Shown piece after piece: positions 16,891 to 26,296 of a stretch of 64,000 nucleotides of DNA. The position numbers and the translations under genes are program-made. The DNA comes from an uncultured Verrucomicrobiota bacterium. Lineage in GTDB: Bacteria > Verrucomicrobiota > Verrucomicrobiia > Palsa-1439. The DNA is taken from positions 30,497-94,496 of the forward strand of contig CAZHLM010000002.1 in assembly GCA_964533295.1 (NCBI GenBank), written 5' to 3'. Every line of letters begins with the position of its first letter. The stretch's first letter is position 1. The notes below the pieces were generated by a model. It saw only the letters and a list, made by a program, of their open reading frames with translations. It did not search any database and had not been told where the DNA came from.

Positions 16891-19800
16891 ATGATGGTTT
16901 GGGCAGTATTCGTTCTGTTTGTGACAGGACTTTTGACCCCGGCTGATGCGATGAACTACTTCGTTTCCAATACCGGCGCGGACAACGCGCCGGGCACCGA
17001 GGAGCGGCCGTTCGCCACACTCGGCAAAGCGTGCAGCGTCCTGCAGCCCGGCGATACCTGTTATTTGCGTGGCGGCGTGTACCGCGAGGTGCTCCGCCCG
17101 GCCCGATCCGGTAAACCCGGCAAGCCCATCATTTTCACCAAGTACCGGGATGAACGGGTCATCCTCAGCGGGGCCGACCCCATCGCCGGCTGGCGACGCG
17201 AGGCGGACGGAGTGTACTCCGCCCCGATGCCGTGGACGATGCCGGATGGTAATCAGGTTTTCTTCAACGAAGAGATGTTGGTCGAGGCCTGTTGGCCCAA
17301 CCCCGGCCCGGCCCACCTGTTTCAGCCCGAACGCGCCACGGCGACGGCGGGCACGGAGACGACGTTGCGTTGCGATCAGCTTACCGGAGCGAAGTACGCC
17401 TGGAAGGGGGCCCGGCTGTGGTGCGCTGGCGGTGCGGGGTGGATCTGCTGGAGCTCGACCGTTACCGGCGTTGACCCTGAAACACACACGCTCACGTTTG
17501 AACCCAAACGCGAGCAATGGTACCGGCCGCGCAAGGGCAATCCGTTCGTCCTGCGCGGCAGCCGACTTGCCCTCGATGCGCCCGGCGAGTGGCTCTATGA
17601 CGCCGAACGCAACCGCCTGCTGCTGATCCCGCCGACCGGGGGCGCGCCGGCCACGGGCGCGGTCGAGGCCAAACGCCGCGATTATGTGATGGATCTTGCC
17701 GGTCGCTCGTGGATCGAGATCGCCGGCATGGAGTTCCAGGCCGGTGGTGTGAAGACCGATGCCGACTCCCACCACATCACGCTGAAGAACCTCACCGGGC
17801 GTTACGTCGCGCACAGCTACGACAAGGACACCAGCGACCGGGCGGTGTTGCTCCATGGCAAACACCTGTTGTTGCTCAACAGCGATATTGGTTACAGCTC
17901 GGCGGCGGTGGTCCACGTGCAGGGCGAGGACAACCGCGTCATCAACTGCCACCTGCACCATGGCGGTTACGCCGGGCTGTGGAGGGGAACGGTCGTTTTG
18001 TCGGGCCGGCGAATTGTGTTCAGCCACAACACCGTGCGTCATGCCGGCCGCGATCTGGTCAATACCCACGGTCTGATGGAGAGTTTTGTCCAGTACAACG
18101 ACCTCTCCGACGCCGGCTGGCTGACCAATGACCTTGGGATGCTCTACGGGCACAACACGGACTACGCCAACACCGAGTTCCGCTACAACCTCGTCCACGA
18201 CAACCGCGCCCGGCAATGCGCGCTGGGCATCTACTTCGACCACCTCAGCCACAACGCCATCGTCCATCACAACGTGATCTGGAATGTGCGCGCCGATCCG
18301 GTCCGCTTCAACAACCCCGCCTACAACAATCTGGTGTTCAATAATTCCTGCTGGAACACCGGCGATTTCTCGACCTTCGACCACTCCAAACGCAACGACC
18401 TGTTCGCCTGCCGGTATTTCAACAATCTTTACAACGGGCAGAGCTTCCTGCCGGCGCACGTCGCGGTGTACCAGAACCTCTCCACGCGCGCGCCCGGTTT
18501 CGAGAATGTCTATCGCAATCCCGAGGCGCTGGACTTCCGGCTGTTGGAGTCGGTCCAGCAATCCAGCTCCGGCATCGGCGCGTATGCAGCGGACGGCAAA
18601 TGGTGGCGCGCCGGCGGCAACCCCGGCAACCCGCCCGATCCGTTGCCCGAATACGCGCCGCCACGGATCGCCTGGATGAACACGGTCCGCAACGCCTGCT
18701 TCGAGTTTGGCACGCTCGAGGGCTGGACGAAGACCGACGCAAAGACGGCGCAACTGACCAAAGGCAACGGGTGGGGCAACGCCGCGTTCGGCGGCAGCAA
18801 GGAAAACCACCCGACCGGCACGTCACGTTTCGAGCTGCAACTCGGTCCCGGCCGCGATGGCGTCGAACAGGTCATAGAAGGACTCAGCCCCGACACCCCG
18901 TACGAACTGTCGGCCTGGCTGCGTGTTTCCGGTGCGGACGAGACGATCATGCTCGGCGTCAAAGACCACGGGATGCCGGAGCAAACCGCCGCCCACTCCG
19001 GTACGGAGTGGACACGCAAAACCGTTGCGTTCACCACCGGCCCGCAGGCCGCCCGCGCGACGATTTACTTGCGCAAGACCTCACCGGGCAACGGCCGGGC
19101 TTGGGCGGACAACGTCACCCTGCCTCTAACCCCCAAGGAAACGAAAGGAACACAACAGATCATGCCGCACACCGACCGGAGCGACCTTCCCGTTGCCCGC
19201 TTGCGGGAGGATTTCCTGAAGCTGAAGTTCGGGATGTTCCTCCACTTCAATTTGGAGACCTACAAGGGGGTGCAGTGGGTCGCGGGCTACCACAGCCCGG
19301 CGGACTTCAATCCGGGCGGCCCGATTGACACTGACGCGTGGGCGGAGGCGGCGAAAGCAGCCGGGATGCAGTACGCCGTGCTGACCGCCAAACATGTCTC
19401 GGGCTTCTGTCTGTGGGACAGCCAGTACACGACGTACGACGTGATGAATCCGGCATGCCCGGATCCGCAGGACCTCGTGGCGCAATTTGTGAAGTCGTTT
19501 ACGAGCCGGGGATTGAACGTCGGATTGTATTACTGCTGGCGGCATCCGGGTTTTCCCGAGAAGCACAAAGTGCTGCCGCCGGAATGCGATCCGGCAACGC
19601 ATTCGTTGCCGGAGCAGATCGAGTTTCAAAAGAAGCAGATTGCGGAGTTGGTCGAGAAGTTTCCGCAGGTCTTCTATCTCTGGAACGATGGGCTCGACCC
19701 GGACATCATGCCGGCCGAGCAGGCGACGGCTTTCATCCGCAGCTTGCGTCCCGGTCTGCTCGCTTCGGGCAACTGGTGGGATTGGAAGAAGAAGGGGCTG

Positions 19801-20079
19801 CCGTATCTGGACATTGCCGTCACCGAGACGCTCCATTTCCCGGCCACCAATGCGGTGCCCGGGGAGACCTGCTGGTGTTTGGAAAAAAGTTGGTTCTCCG
19901 ACGGTACCGGCCCCAAGAGCGCCGAGGAAATCGTCACGCAACTGCGGATCGCCAACAGTCGGAACGCCAATTTTCTGCTGAATGTCGGGCCGGACAAACA
20001 AGGAAAACTCCACGAGGCCAGTGTGACGGTGCTCAGGGAGATCGGACAGCTCCTCAAGCAAACCACGGAGAACAAATGA
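16891..20079 (+). CDS. Secreted tri-modular protein: N-terminal right-handed beta-helix (GH141/PL-like) + CBM-like beta-sandwich + C-terminal GH29 alpha-L-fucosidase
   Basis: NYFVSNTGADNAPGTEERPFATLGKACSVLQPGDTCYLRGGVYRE (beta-helix N-cap). Galactose-binding-like block FEFGTLEGWTK...WADNVTL. GH29 core FGMFLHFNLETY...AVLTAKHVSGFCLWDSQYTTYDVMN...FYLWNDG. Confidence 0.7.
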   Translation: MMVWAVFVLFVTGLLTPADAMNYFVSNTGADNAPGTEERPFATLGKACSVLQPGDTCYLRGGVYREVLRPARSGKPGKPIIFTKYRDERVILSGADPIAGWRREADGVYSAPMPWTMPDGNQVFFNEEMLVEACWPNPGPAHLFQPERATATAGTETTLRCDQLTGAKYAWKGARLWCAGGAGWICWSSTVTGVDPETHTLTFEPKREQWYRPRKGNPFVLRGSRLALDAPGEWLYDAERNRLLLIPPTGGAPATGAVEAKRRDYVMDLAGRSWIEIAGMEFQAGGVKTDADSHHITLKNLTGRYVAHSYDKDTSDRAVLLHGKHLLLLNSDIGYSSAAVVHVQGEDNRVINCHLHHGGYAGLWRGTVVLSGRRIVFSHNTVRHAGRDLVNTHGLMESFVQYNDLSDAGWLTNDLGMLYGHNTDYANTEFRYNLVHDNRARQCALGIYFDHLSHNAIVHHNVIWNVRADPVRFNNPAYNNLVFNNSCWNTGDFSTFDHSKRNDLFACRYFNNLYNGQSFLPAHVAVYQNLSTRAPGFENVYRNPEALDFRLLESVQQSSSGIGAYAADGKWWRAGGNPGNPPDPLPEYAPPRIAWMNTVRNACFEFGTLEGWTKTDAKTAQLTKGNGWGNAAFGGSKENHPTGTSRFELQLGPGRDGVEQVIEGLSPDTPYELSAWLRVSGADETIMLGVKDHGMPEQTAAHSGTEWTRKTVAFTTGPQAARATIYLRKTSPGNGRAWADNVTLPLTPKETKGTQQIMPHTDRSDLPVARLREDFLKLKFGMFLHFNLETYKGVQWVAGYHSPADFNPGGPIDTDAWAEAAKAAGMQYAVLTAKHVSGFCLWDSQYTTYDVMNPACPDPQDLVAQFVKSFTSRGLNVGLYYCWRHPGFPEKHKVLPPECDPATHSLPEQIEFQKKQIAELVEKFPQVFYLWNDGLDPDIMPAEQATAFIRSLRPGLLASGNWWDWKKKGLPYLDIAVTETLHFPATNAVPGETCWCLEKSWFSDGTGPKSAEEIVTQLRIANSRNANFLLNVGPDKQGKLHEASVTVLREIGQLLKQTTENK

Positions 20080-23000
20080 AGACCATGTTGAAATTGGTGA
20101 TGATCGCGCTGGCCGGGATGGCGGGGACAGCCTCCGCCAATAACCTGACCGGGATGGCCAACAGCAAGTATTACCGGGTGCATCCGCTGTTTCATCCGTT
20201 CCCGGAAGAAGACAAGACGTTGCAATCCATTGACCGGTTCGGGCCGGTGGGGGTTGGCATCAACCTCGTGCAACCGGCCTTCCAGATGCAGGTGAAGAAT
20301 GTCGAGCCGGGGTCACCGGCGGCGGCGACCGGCAAGTTGAAGCCGGGGCAGATCATTGACAGCATCAATGGCCGGGTGTTGAAGGACATGGATCCCCGGC
20401 AAATCCTCGGCGACATCATCGCCCAGGCCGAGGCGACGGATGGCGTGGTGAAATTCGTCGTGCGCGAAAAGGCCGGTGCGCCGGCGGAAGAAGTGATCGT
20501 GAACATCCCCGTGCTCGGCGCGTACAGCGCGACATGGCCGGTCCGGTGCGCCAAGTCGGATGCGATCGTGCGCAATCTCGCGGCGTTTGTGGCGAAGAAC
20601 GGGTCCGGCAACATGGGGCTGGGTGCGTTGTTTCTGTTGTCCACCGGCGAGGAGCAGGATTTGGAAGTGGTGCGCGGGTGGATGCAGAAGATCGCGGCGG
20701 AGAACAAGGACAAGACGGAGATGACGCCCGCGACGTGGTACGTGGGGTATCAGGGGTTGGCGTTTTGCGAATACTATCTGCGCAGCGGCGACCCGGCAAT
20801 TCTGCACACGATCAAGCTCTACGCGGATTACATGCAGAAGACGCAGATCAACGGCGCGTGGGGGCACAAGGGGTTTGGCTCGTTCAGTTATTCGGCGAGC
20901 GGTCACTTGAACGCGGCGGGCGCGCATGTGCTGACGTTCCTGCTGCTGGCCAAAGAATGCGGCGTGGCGGTGGACGAGACGATGTTGCAGTCGGCGTTGA
21001 AGCATTTCTACAAGTTTGCCGGGCACGGCAACGTGGCGTATGGCGACAGCTTGCCGGAGAAGAGTTTCGTGGACAACGGCAAGACCGGTATCCTGGCGTT
21101 CGGGATGCAGGCGGCGGCGACGTTGACCCCGGAGGGCGAGAACTCCGTGTACGCGAAGGCGCGGGACATTTCGGCGAGCAAGAGTTTCTACAGCACGTCG
21201 TGGATGTTGCACGGGCATACCGGAGGCGGGATCGGTGAAATCTGGCGCGGCGCGGCGATGGGTTTGGTGCGCGAAAAGCAACCCAAGAAATACCGGGAGT
21301 TCATGAATGAACGCGCGTGGTTTTATGATTTGTCGCGCCGGTGTGACGGCAGTTTCGGCATCATTGGCGGCGGCCGGTATGATGAGCCGAAAGATTGGGG
21401 CATCGGGATGGGGTTGGTGTACACGCTCCCGCGCCAAACGCTGCGGCTGACCGGCGCGCCACCGAGCAAGTTTTGCAAGACGCATCCGCTGCCGAAACGT
21501 CCGTGGGGGACGGCGGCGGATGAAGTGTTCTTCGCGCTCGAAGCGGCGCCGGTGCGCGGCGGCAAACCGCACGATGCGAACAACGAGACGTTGGTGAATG
21601 ATGGTTCGTGGCCGGTGCTGCGCAAGCTGGCGGTACCGGACGTGACCGACGAGACGTTGTTGAAATACGCGCATCATCCGGAACTCGGCATCCGTGAGTA
21701 CGCGGTGAACCAGATCCGGGCGAAGAATCGCGCGGACCTGACGGTGGAGTTGTTGAAGTCGAGCGACCCGCGGGTGCGTCATGCCGGGATCTTGGGCATT
21801 GCCGAGGTGACCGACGAGATGGCCGGGCTGCTTTTGGGCATGGTCAATGACCCGAACGAATCGTGGTGGGTGGCGCGGGGGGCGCTGGAAAAACTGGAGA
21901 CGGTGCGCGCGGAGTTGCTCGCGCCGCACAAGGACCGGTTGCTGTACTGGCTGACGCACGAGGATTGGTGGATGAGCAGCGCGGCGTTGACGGCGGTGAG
22001 TAGTTTGGTGGCGGACAAGGAACACGCCGAGACATTCCTGCCGGTGATTGGCGAGATGATCACCAAGAACGTCCGGCAGTCGCCGATCTGGCAATTGGAG
22101 AAAATGTTGCGCACCGCCAGTCCGGAGGTGCAGGCGTCGGCGTTGCAGGTGTTGGCGCAGGCGTACGCGCAATTCCCCAAAACGGTCACCACGGCGGCGG
22201 GGGTGAAGGTGGACACCGCCGAGCCGCAGCAGGTGGGCGCGTACGCGTGGCTGATGGCAAAATTGCCCACGGGGTACGACGTGCTCTATGAGTTGTCGAA
22301 GAGCCGGTATCCGGGGCAGACGTTGCCGCATCCGAAATTGTTTTTGGAGGCGAATCCCGAGCGGTTCGGTCCGGAATTGCGGAATGGTTTTCAGCGGATC
22401 ATCCGCGAGCAGTTGATTCCCGAGTTCATTGGCCAGGCCAATCACATCGCGTCGAATCGCAAGTTGCTGTTGGAGGAATGCTCCAGCGCCGTGCCGTTCA
22501 AGTCCAACTTGTACTACGGGCGGCCGCGGGTGGAGGACTTGGCGGATTTTCATCGCCGGTTGGGGGTGCGGGATTATGACTGGCACGAGTTCGGCCCGGC
22601 CTTCCACACCATGAAGTTCGATTACTTCACCTTCGACCCGCCGGAGCAGCTTCAACTGGGAACACGCAATCGGTATCGGAAGGTGACGTTCCCGCCGGGC
22701 ATGGACAACTGGTTCGCCACGGATTTTGATCCGCGCAAGGCCGGTTGGTCGAGCGGGCTGCAGCCGTTTGGGCAGATGAACGGCAAACTCGTTCCCCCGG
22801 CGCAGACGTTTTGGGACAAGGAAGTGCTGCTCGCGCGCGGGACGTTCACGTTTCCGAAATTCAAGGAGTCGTGCCGCTATCGGCTCGGAGTGGGCGTGTG
22901 GCAAACCCATCAAGGCGAGGGGTACCGGGTGTATGTGAACGGCAAGCTGATGATGGAACGGGATCGCGGCGTCCTGCCGCGGGAACGCGGCGAATCTTAC

Positions 23001-23582
23001 TACTACATTGACAAGGCGTGGTGGCCGGATTTCCAGAGCGGCAACACCGTGATCGCCTTCACGAGTTTTCTGCAGATGGACGGGAACGGCAAACGGAACA
23101 ACTTTCGGGTGTGGCTGGAGGAAATGAAGTGTCCGCCCATTGGCGAAACGGAAATCCTCGAATCGGTCAAGGCCGTGCCGATGCGTTCGGCGGCGTGGCA
23201 GGCGTTGCAGGATCCGGACAACATGGAGCTTGATCCCGCCGCCGGCCTGTATCGGTGGGACGGGAAGTTTGCGCCGAACGCAAAAGTGGTCGGCACGTGG
23301 GCGCAGTTGGGCGAGGTGGCGACGGTGGAAGCGTTCACGCCGGCGGCCCGGCTGCGGCCGAATTCAGTGCTGCCGGCCAAGCTGACGTTTGCGGAAAATG
23401 GGCGGACGGATGATCCGCTGTTGTATTACACCGGCGACGTGTTGCTGCACCTGAACACCAATCAGGCGCTCCAGATGAAGGTCGTGAACGACCACTTGTT
23501 CATCGAAGCCGGTGGATTCGAAACGAAAAAGGGTGCGAACTGGAAATGTCCGTGGCTGGTGTTCAAACGGGTTCAACCATAA
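20076..23582 (+). CDS. Giant secreted PDZ-(alpha/alpha)6-HEAT-repeat protein, paralog A (1168 aa) with C-terminal GH2-N-like sugar-binding beta-sandwich
   Basis: Signal MKTMLKLVMIALAGMAGTASA. PDZ-like GKLKPGQIIDSINGRVL. Family motifs VIVNIPVLGAYSATWPVRCAKS, WYVGYQGLAFCEYYLRSGD, FYDLSRRCDGSFG. HEAT-type SSDPRVRHAGILGIAEV. C-terminal ...YRLGVGVWQTHQGEGYRVYVNGKLM. ATG overlaps the upstream stop (ATGA). Confidence 0.6.
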   Translation: MKTMLKLVMIALAGMAGTASANNLTGMANSKYYRVHPLFHPFPEEDKTLQSIDRFGPVGVGINLVQPAFQMQVKNVEPGSPAAATGKLKPGQIIDSINGRVLKDMDPRQILGDIIAQAEATDGVVKFVVREKAGAPAEEVIVNIPVLGAYSATWPVRCAKSDAIVRNLAAFVAKNGSGNMGLGALFLLSTGEEQDLEVVRGWMQKIAAENKDKTEMTPATWYVGYQGLAFCEYYLRSGDPAILHTIKLYADYMQKTQINGAWGHKGFGSFSYSASGHLNAAGAHVLTFLLLAKECGVAVDETMLQSALKHFYKFAGHGNVAYGDSLPEKSFVDNGKTGILAFGMQAAATLTPEGENSVYAKARDISASKSFYSTSWMLHGHTGGGIGEIWRGAAMGLVREKQPKKYREFMNERAWFYDLSRRCDGSFGIIGGGRYDEPKDWGIGMGLVYTLPRQTLRLTGAPPSKFCKTHPLPKRPWGTAADEVFFALEAAPVRGGKPHDANNETLVNDGSWPVLRKLAVPDVTDETLLKYAHHPELGIREYAVNQIRAKNRADLTVELLKSSDPRVRHAGILGIAEVTDEMAGLLLGMVNDPNESWWVARGALEKLETVRAELLAPHKDRLLYWLTHEDWWMSSAALTAVSSLVADKEHAETFLPVIGEMITKNVRQSPIWQLEKMLRTASPEVQASALQVLAQAYAQFPKTVTTAAGVKVDTAEPQQVGAYAWLMAKLPTGYDVLYELSKSRYPGQTLPHPKLFLEANPERFGPELRNGFQRIIREQLIPEFIGQANHIASNRKLLLEECSSAVPFKSNLYYGRPRVEDLADFHRRLGVRDYDWHEFGPAFHTMKFDYFTFDPPEQLQLGTRNRYRKVTFPPGMDNWFATDFDPRKAGWSSGLQPFGQMNGKLVPPAQTFWDKEVLLARGTFTFPKFKESCRYRLGVGVWQTHQGEGYRVYVNGKLMMERDRGVLPRERGESYYYIDKAWWPDFQSGNTVIAFTSFLQMDGNGKRNNFRVWLEEMKCPPIGETEILESVKAVPMRSAAWQALQDPDNMELDPAAGLYRWDGKFAPNAKVVGTWAQLGEVATVEAFTPAARLRPNSVLPAKLTFAENGRTDDPLLYYTGDVLLHLNTNQALQMKVVNDHLFIEAGGFETKKGANWKCPWLVFKRVQP

Positions 23583-23601
23583 GAAGGGTGCGCCGCGAGT
23601 T

Positions 23602-23704
23602 ATTGCAGGGCGGGCGCGCCAGTCGTCCAGGCTGGCCGCCGTTGGTTCGGGGTTGAACTACGGTCGCGGCGCGAACCCTAAACAACAGGGATTCGCGCCC
23701 GACA
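23602..23704 (+). repeat. Copy 2 of TIR-bounded double-hairpin intergenic element
   Basis: attgcagggcgggcgcgccaGTCGTccaggctggccgcc...ggcgcgaaccctaaACAACagggattcgcgcccgacaa. Confidence 0.6.
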
Positions 23705-23755
23705 ATTCCGGATCGGCTCAAACCTTGCGGGGCGACCCCCATAAGGAGAAAGATT

Positions 23756-25156
23756 ATGAAAAAACGGAAAATGCTCATCGCGGGATTGGTGATGGTGGCC
23801 GGGTTGGCTTCGGCCAAAGACAGGCCGGTCAAGGTGTATATCCTGTCGGGGCAGTCGAACATGGTCGGCATGGGCGACATCTCCGGCGGCGCCGAGCGTT
23901 GGGGGAAAGAATTCCTCGATGCCGAGGTGTCGGTTTACGAGGGCGAGTACGACCCGAAGGCGGAGTACGACAAGCTGACGCCGATCAAGACGATGAAGTT
24001 GGAGTCGTTCGGCGGCGTGACGCCGACGCCGTATCCCGGGGGCGGCACGCAGGTCGTGCGCGGCCAGCTTCAGCCCCAGCAAACCGGCGTGTATCAGTTT
24101 CATCCGGGGTACGACAAGAGCGTGTACAACATCATGGAAGTGAACGGCGTCGAGGTCTATCGCCGCGAGGTCGGCCAAGAGCCGGTCTGGAAGCCAATCA
24201 AGCTGACCGCCGGCGAAAAAGTTCCGTTCAAGATCACCTACCTGACCCGGGACGCGAATGGGTTGGGTTGGTGGATCAAGACCGATGTTCCCGGCACCCT
24301 GCACACGTTGGTCAAAGCGGAGGGCAAGTTTCCGCATTTGGTGGATGCGGCCGGTAACTGGAAAGCGCGCGACGATGTCATCTACAAGGGCGTCATCTCC
24401 GCCACCGGCCAGGGGCCGTTGCGGGTTGGTGTGCAACAAGGCGGCACGATCGGGCCGGAACTGGGCTTCGGTTGGGTGATCGGCGATTTTCATGAGGAGC
24501 CGGTCCTGCTGATCAAGGCTTCGATCGGCAACCGCAGTCTTGGTTGGGACATCCTGCCGCCCGGCAGCCAACGCTACACGTTTGAGGGCAAAGTCTATGC
24601 CGGTTACAAAGATCCCCAGCCGTGCTGGCCGGTCGGCAGCGAGCCGCAACCCGGCAACTGGTATGCCGGCAAGCAATACGACGAATACACGCAGGCGGTT
24701 CGCGACGTGTTGGAAAAATTCGACACGCTCTTCCCGGATTTCAAAGGGCGCGGCTATGAGATTGCCGGCTTTGTTTGGTGGCAGGGACACAAGGACAGTG
24801 GCGACCCGGCGCACATCGCGAACTACGAAAAAAATCTGGCGGCCCTGATCGAAACGTGGCGCAAGGAGTTCCACGCGCCGAAAGCGCCGTGGGTCATCGC
24901 GACGCTCGGGTTCGGCGGCGACAAGATGCCGGACAAGTTTCTCCGCATCCTCGAAGCGCAGATGGCGGTGGCGGACCCGAAGAAACATCCGGAATTCGCC
25001 GGCAATGTGGCGACCGTGGACACGCGGCCGTTCTGGCGCGAGGCGAGTGTCTCGCCCAAAAGTCAGGACTACCATTACAACCGCAACGCCGAGACCTATT
25101 ACCTTGTCGGGGAAGCGCTCGGGAAAGCGATGGTCAAGTTGCAGGGCGGCCTATGA
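23756..25156 (+). CDS. Secreted SASA/DUF303-family carbohydrate O-acetylesterase with PA14-like insert
   Basis: Signal MKKRKMLIAGLVMVAGLASA. Block I VKVYILSGQSNMVGMG. PA14-like GVYQFHPGYDKSVYNIMEVNGVEVYRRE...GEKVPFKITY. Block II GYEIAGFVWWQGHKDS. Confidence 0.75.
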   Translation: MKKRKMLIAGLVMVAGLASAKDRPVKVYILSGQSNMVGMGDISGGAERWGKEFLDAEVSVYEGEYDPKAEYDKLTPIKTMKLESFGGVTPTPYPGGGTQVVRGQLQPQQTGVYQFHPGYDKSVYNIMEVNGVEVYRREVGQEPVWKPIKLTAGEKVPFKITYLTRDANGLGWWIKTDVPGTLHTLVKAEGKFPHLVDAAGNWKARDDVIYKGVISATGQGPLRVGVQQGGTIGPELGFGWVIGDFHEEPVLLIKASIGNRSLGWDILPPGSQRYTFEGKVYAGYKDPQPCWPVGSEPQPGNWYAGKQYDEYTQAVRDVLEKFDTLFPDFKGRGYEIAGFVWWQGHKDSGDPAHIANYEKNLAALIETWRKEFHAPKAPWVIATLGFGGDKMPDKFLRILEAQMAVADPKKHPEFAGNVATVDTRPFWREASVSPKSQDYHYNRNAETYYLVGEALGKAMVKLQGGL

Positions 25157-26175
25157 GATACGGAAACGTCGAACTGCATAACGTCTGCGAGATCATCCCA
25201 GGCGATGGACTACCGGGCTTTGGAATCTCGCGCCTGCCGGGCGCGATTCGGGAGCAAATCAATTCCGGCGCGCGCAACATGGCCCGGCATGGGGCCGGCT
25301 GCGAGATTCGCGGGATGCTGCCGGAGGGTGGCCGAGCGCGGGTGGTGCTGCGCGCGGTGGACCGCAACAGCACGCCGCCGGTCGTCACGGTGTATCACGG
25401 ATGTTTTTGCGGTCAGTCGGTTCACCTCGAACAAGAACCGACGGAAATCGTCATCCAACCGCCGCCCACGTTGCCGGCGCTGTCCCGGATCAGTCGCGCG
25501 AACCAACTGCCGTTCGATCCCCGGTTGGTTCGCGTCCGGTTGCCCAACATTCATACCGTCCGCATCGAAGCCATCGAAGGCGATCTGAGTTATCCGCCCC
25601 GCGAAGCCTTGCCGGCCAAAACGCTGCTGTGCTACGGCAGCTCGATCACGCACGGCGCGTGCGCGATTCCCCCGGAGGGAACCTACGCCGCGCAGTGCGC
25701 CCGGCGGCTCGGTTGCGACCTCATCAATCTCGGTTTCGGCGGCTCGGCGCAGATGGACCGCGCCGTGGCGGAACACATCGCCTCCCGGCAGGACTGGGAT
25801 TTCGCCACGTTCGAGATGGGCATCAATATCCGCACGTGGCCGCGCGAGCGATTCCGGGAGGTTGTCGAACAATTCGTCGGTATCGTCGCCGCCGCTCATC
25901 CGGACAAGTTCATGTTCTGCATGGATCTGTTCACCAACGATGCCGATTTCGAGGAGCATCCCACGAGAGGTGTCGGCTTCCGCGAGGTGGTGCGCGATGT
26001 CGCGGAGCAATTCAAATCCGGCAAGGTGATTCACGTGGACGGGCGGACGATTCTCACCGACCCGACCGGCCTGCGCACCGATTTGGTTCACCCCGGCGAC
26101 GAAGGGATGCGCGCGATGGGGGCGAATCTGGCAGCGGTCATGATGCGGTACATCACGCCAAGCAGCAGCCGGTAG
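25153..26175 (+). CDS. SGNH/GDSL-family hydrolase (esterase), translationally coupled to upstream SASA gene
   Basis: ATGA overlap at 25153-25156. LLCYGSSITHGA (GDS-like block I) and DLVHPGDEG (block V DxxH). Confidence 0.65.
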   Translation: MRYGNVELHNVCEIIPGDGLPGFGISRLPGAIREQINSGARNMARHGAGCEIRGMLPEGGRARVVLRAVDRNSTPPVVTVYHGCFCGQSVHLEQEPTEIVIQPPPTLPALSRISRANQLPFDPRLVRVRLPNIHTVRIEAIEGDLSYPPREALPAKTLLCYGSSITHGACAIPPEGTYAAQCARRLGCDLINLGFGGSAQMDRAVAEHIASRQDWDFATFEMGINIRTWPRERFREVVEQFVGIVAAAHPDKFMFCMDLFTNDADFEEHPTRGVGFREVVRDVAEQFKSGKVIHVDGRTILTDPTGLRTDLVHPGDEGMRAMGANLAAVMMRYITPSSSR

Positions 26176-26296
26176 GGTGCGCGTTCTCGCGCGCCGTTGG
26201 CAGGGGTGTCGCAGTCGCGTCGAGAGTTTGGCGCGGTTGTGTGGTTCGCACGAAGTGTCCGGTGACGTAGGCTAACCGTCAGCAAGAGGTGATGAA

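Noticed and set aside
16495-18810. 771-aa minus-strand ORF
   Set aside because: Entirely antisense to two strongly supported + strand genes (SASA/SGNH esterase and beta-helix-GH29). Arg/Pro/Gly-rich low-complexity translation typical of antisense frames in >60% GC DNA; no motifs.
20313-22913. 866-aa minus-strand ORF
   Set aside because: Antisense to giant paralog A. Arg/Pro-dominated composition (RRRxxHPxR...), no domain signatures; GC artefact.
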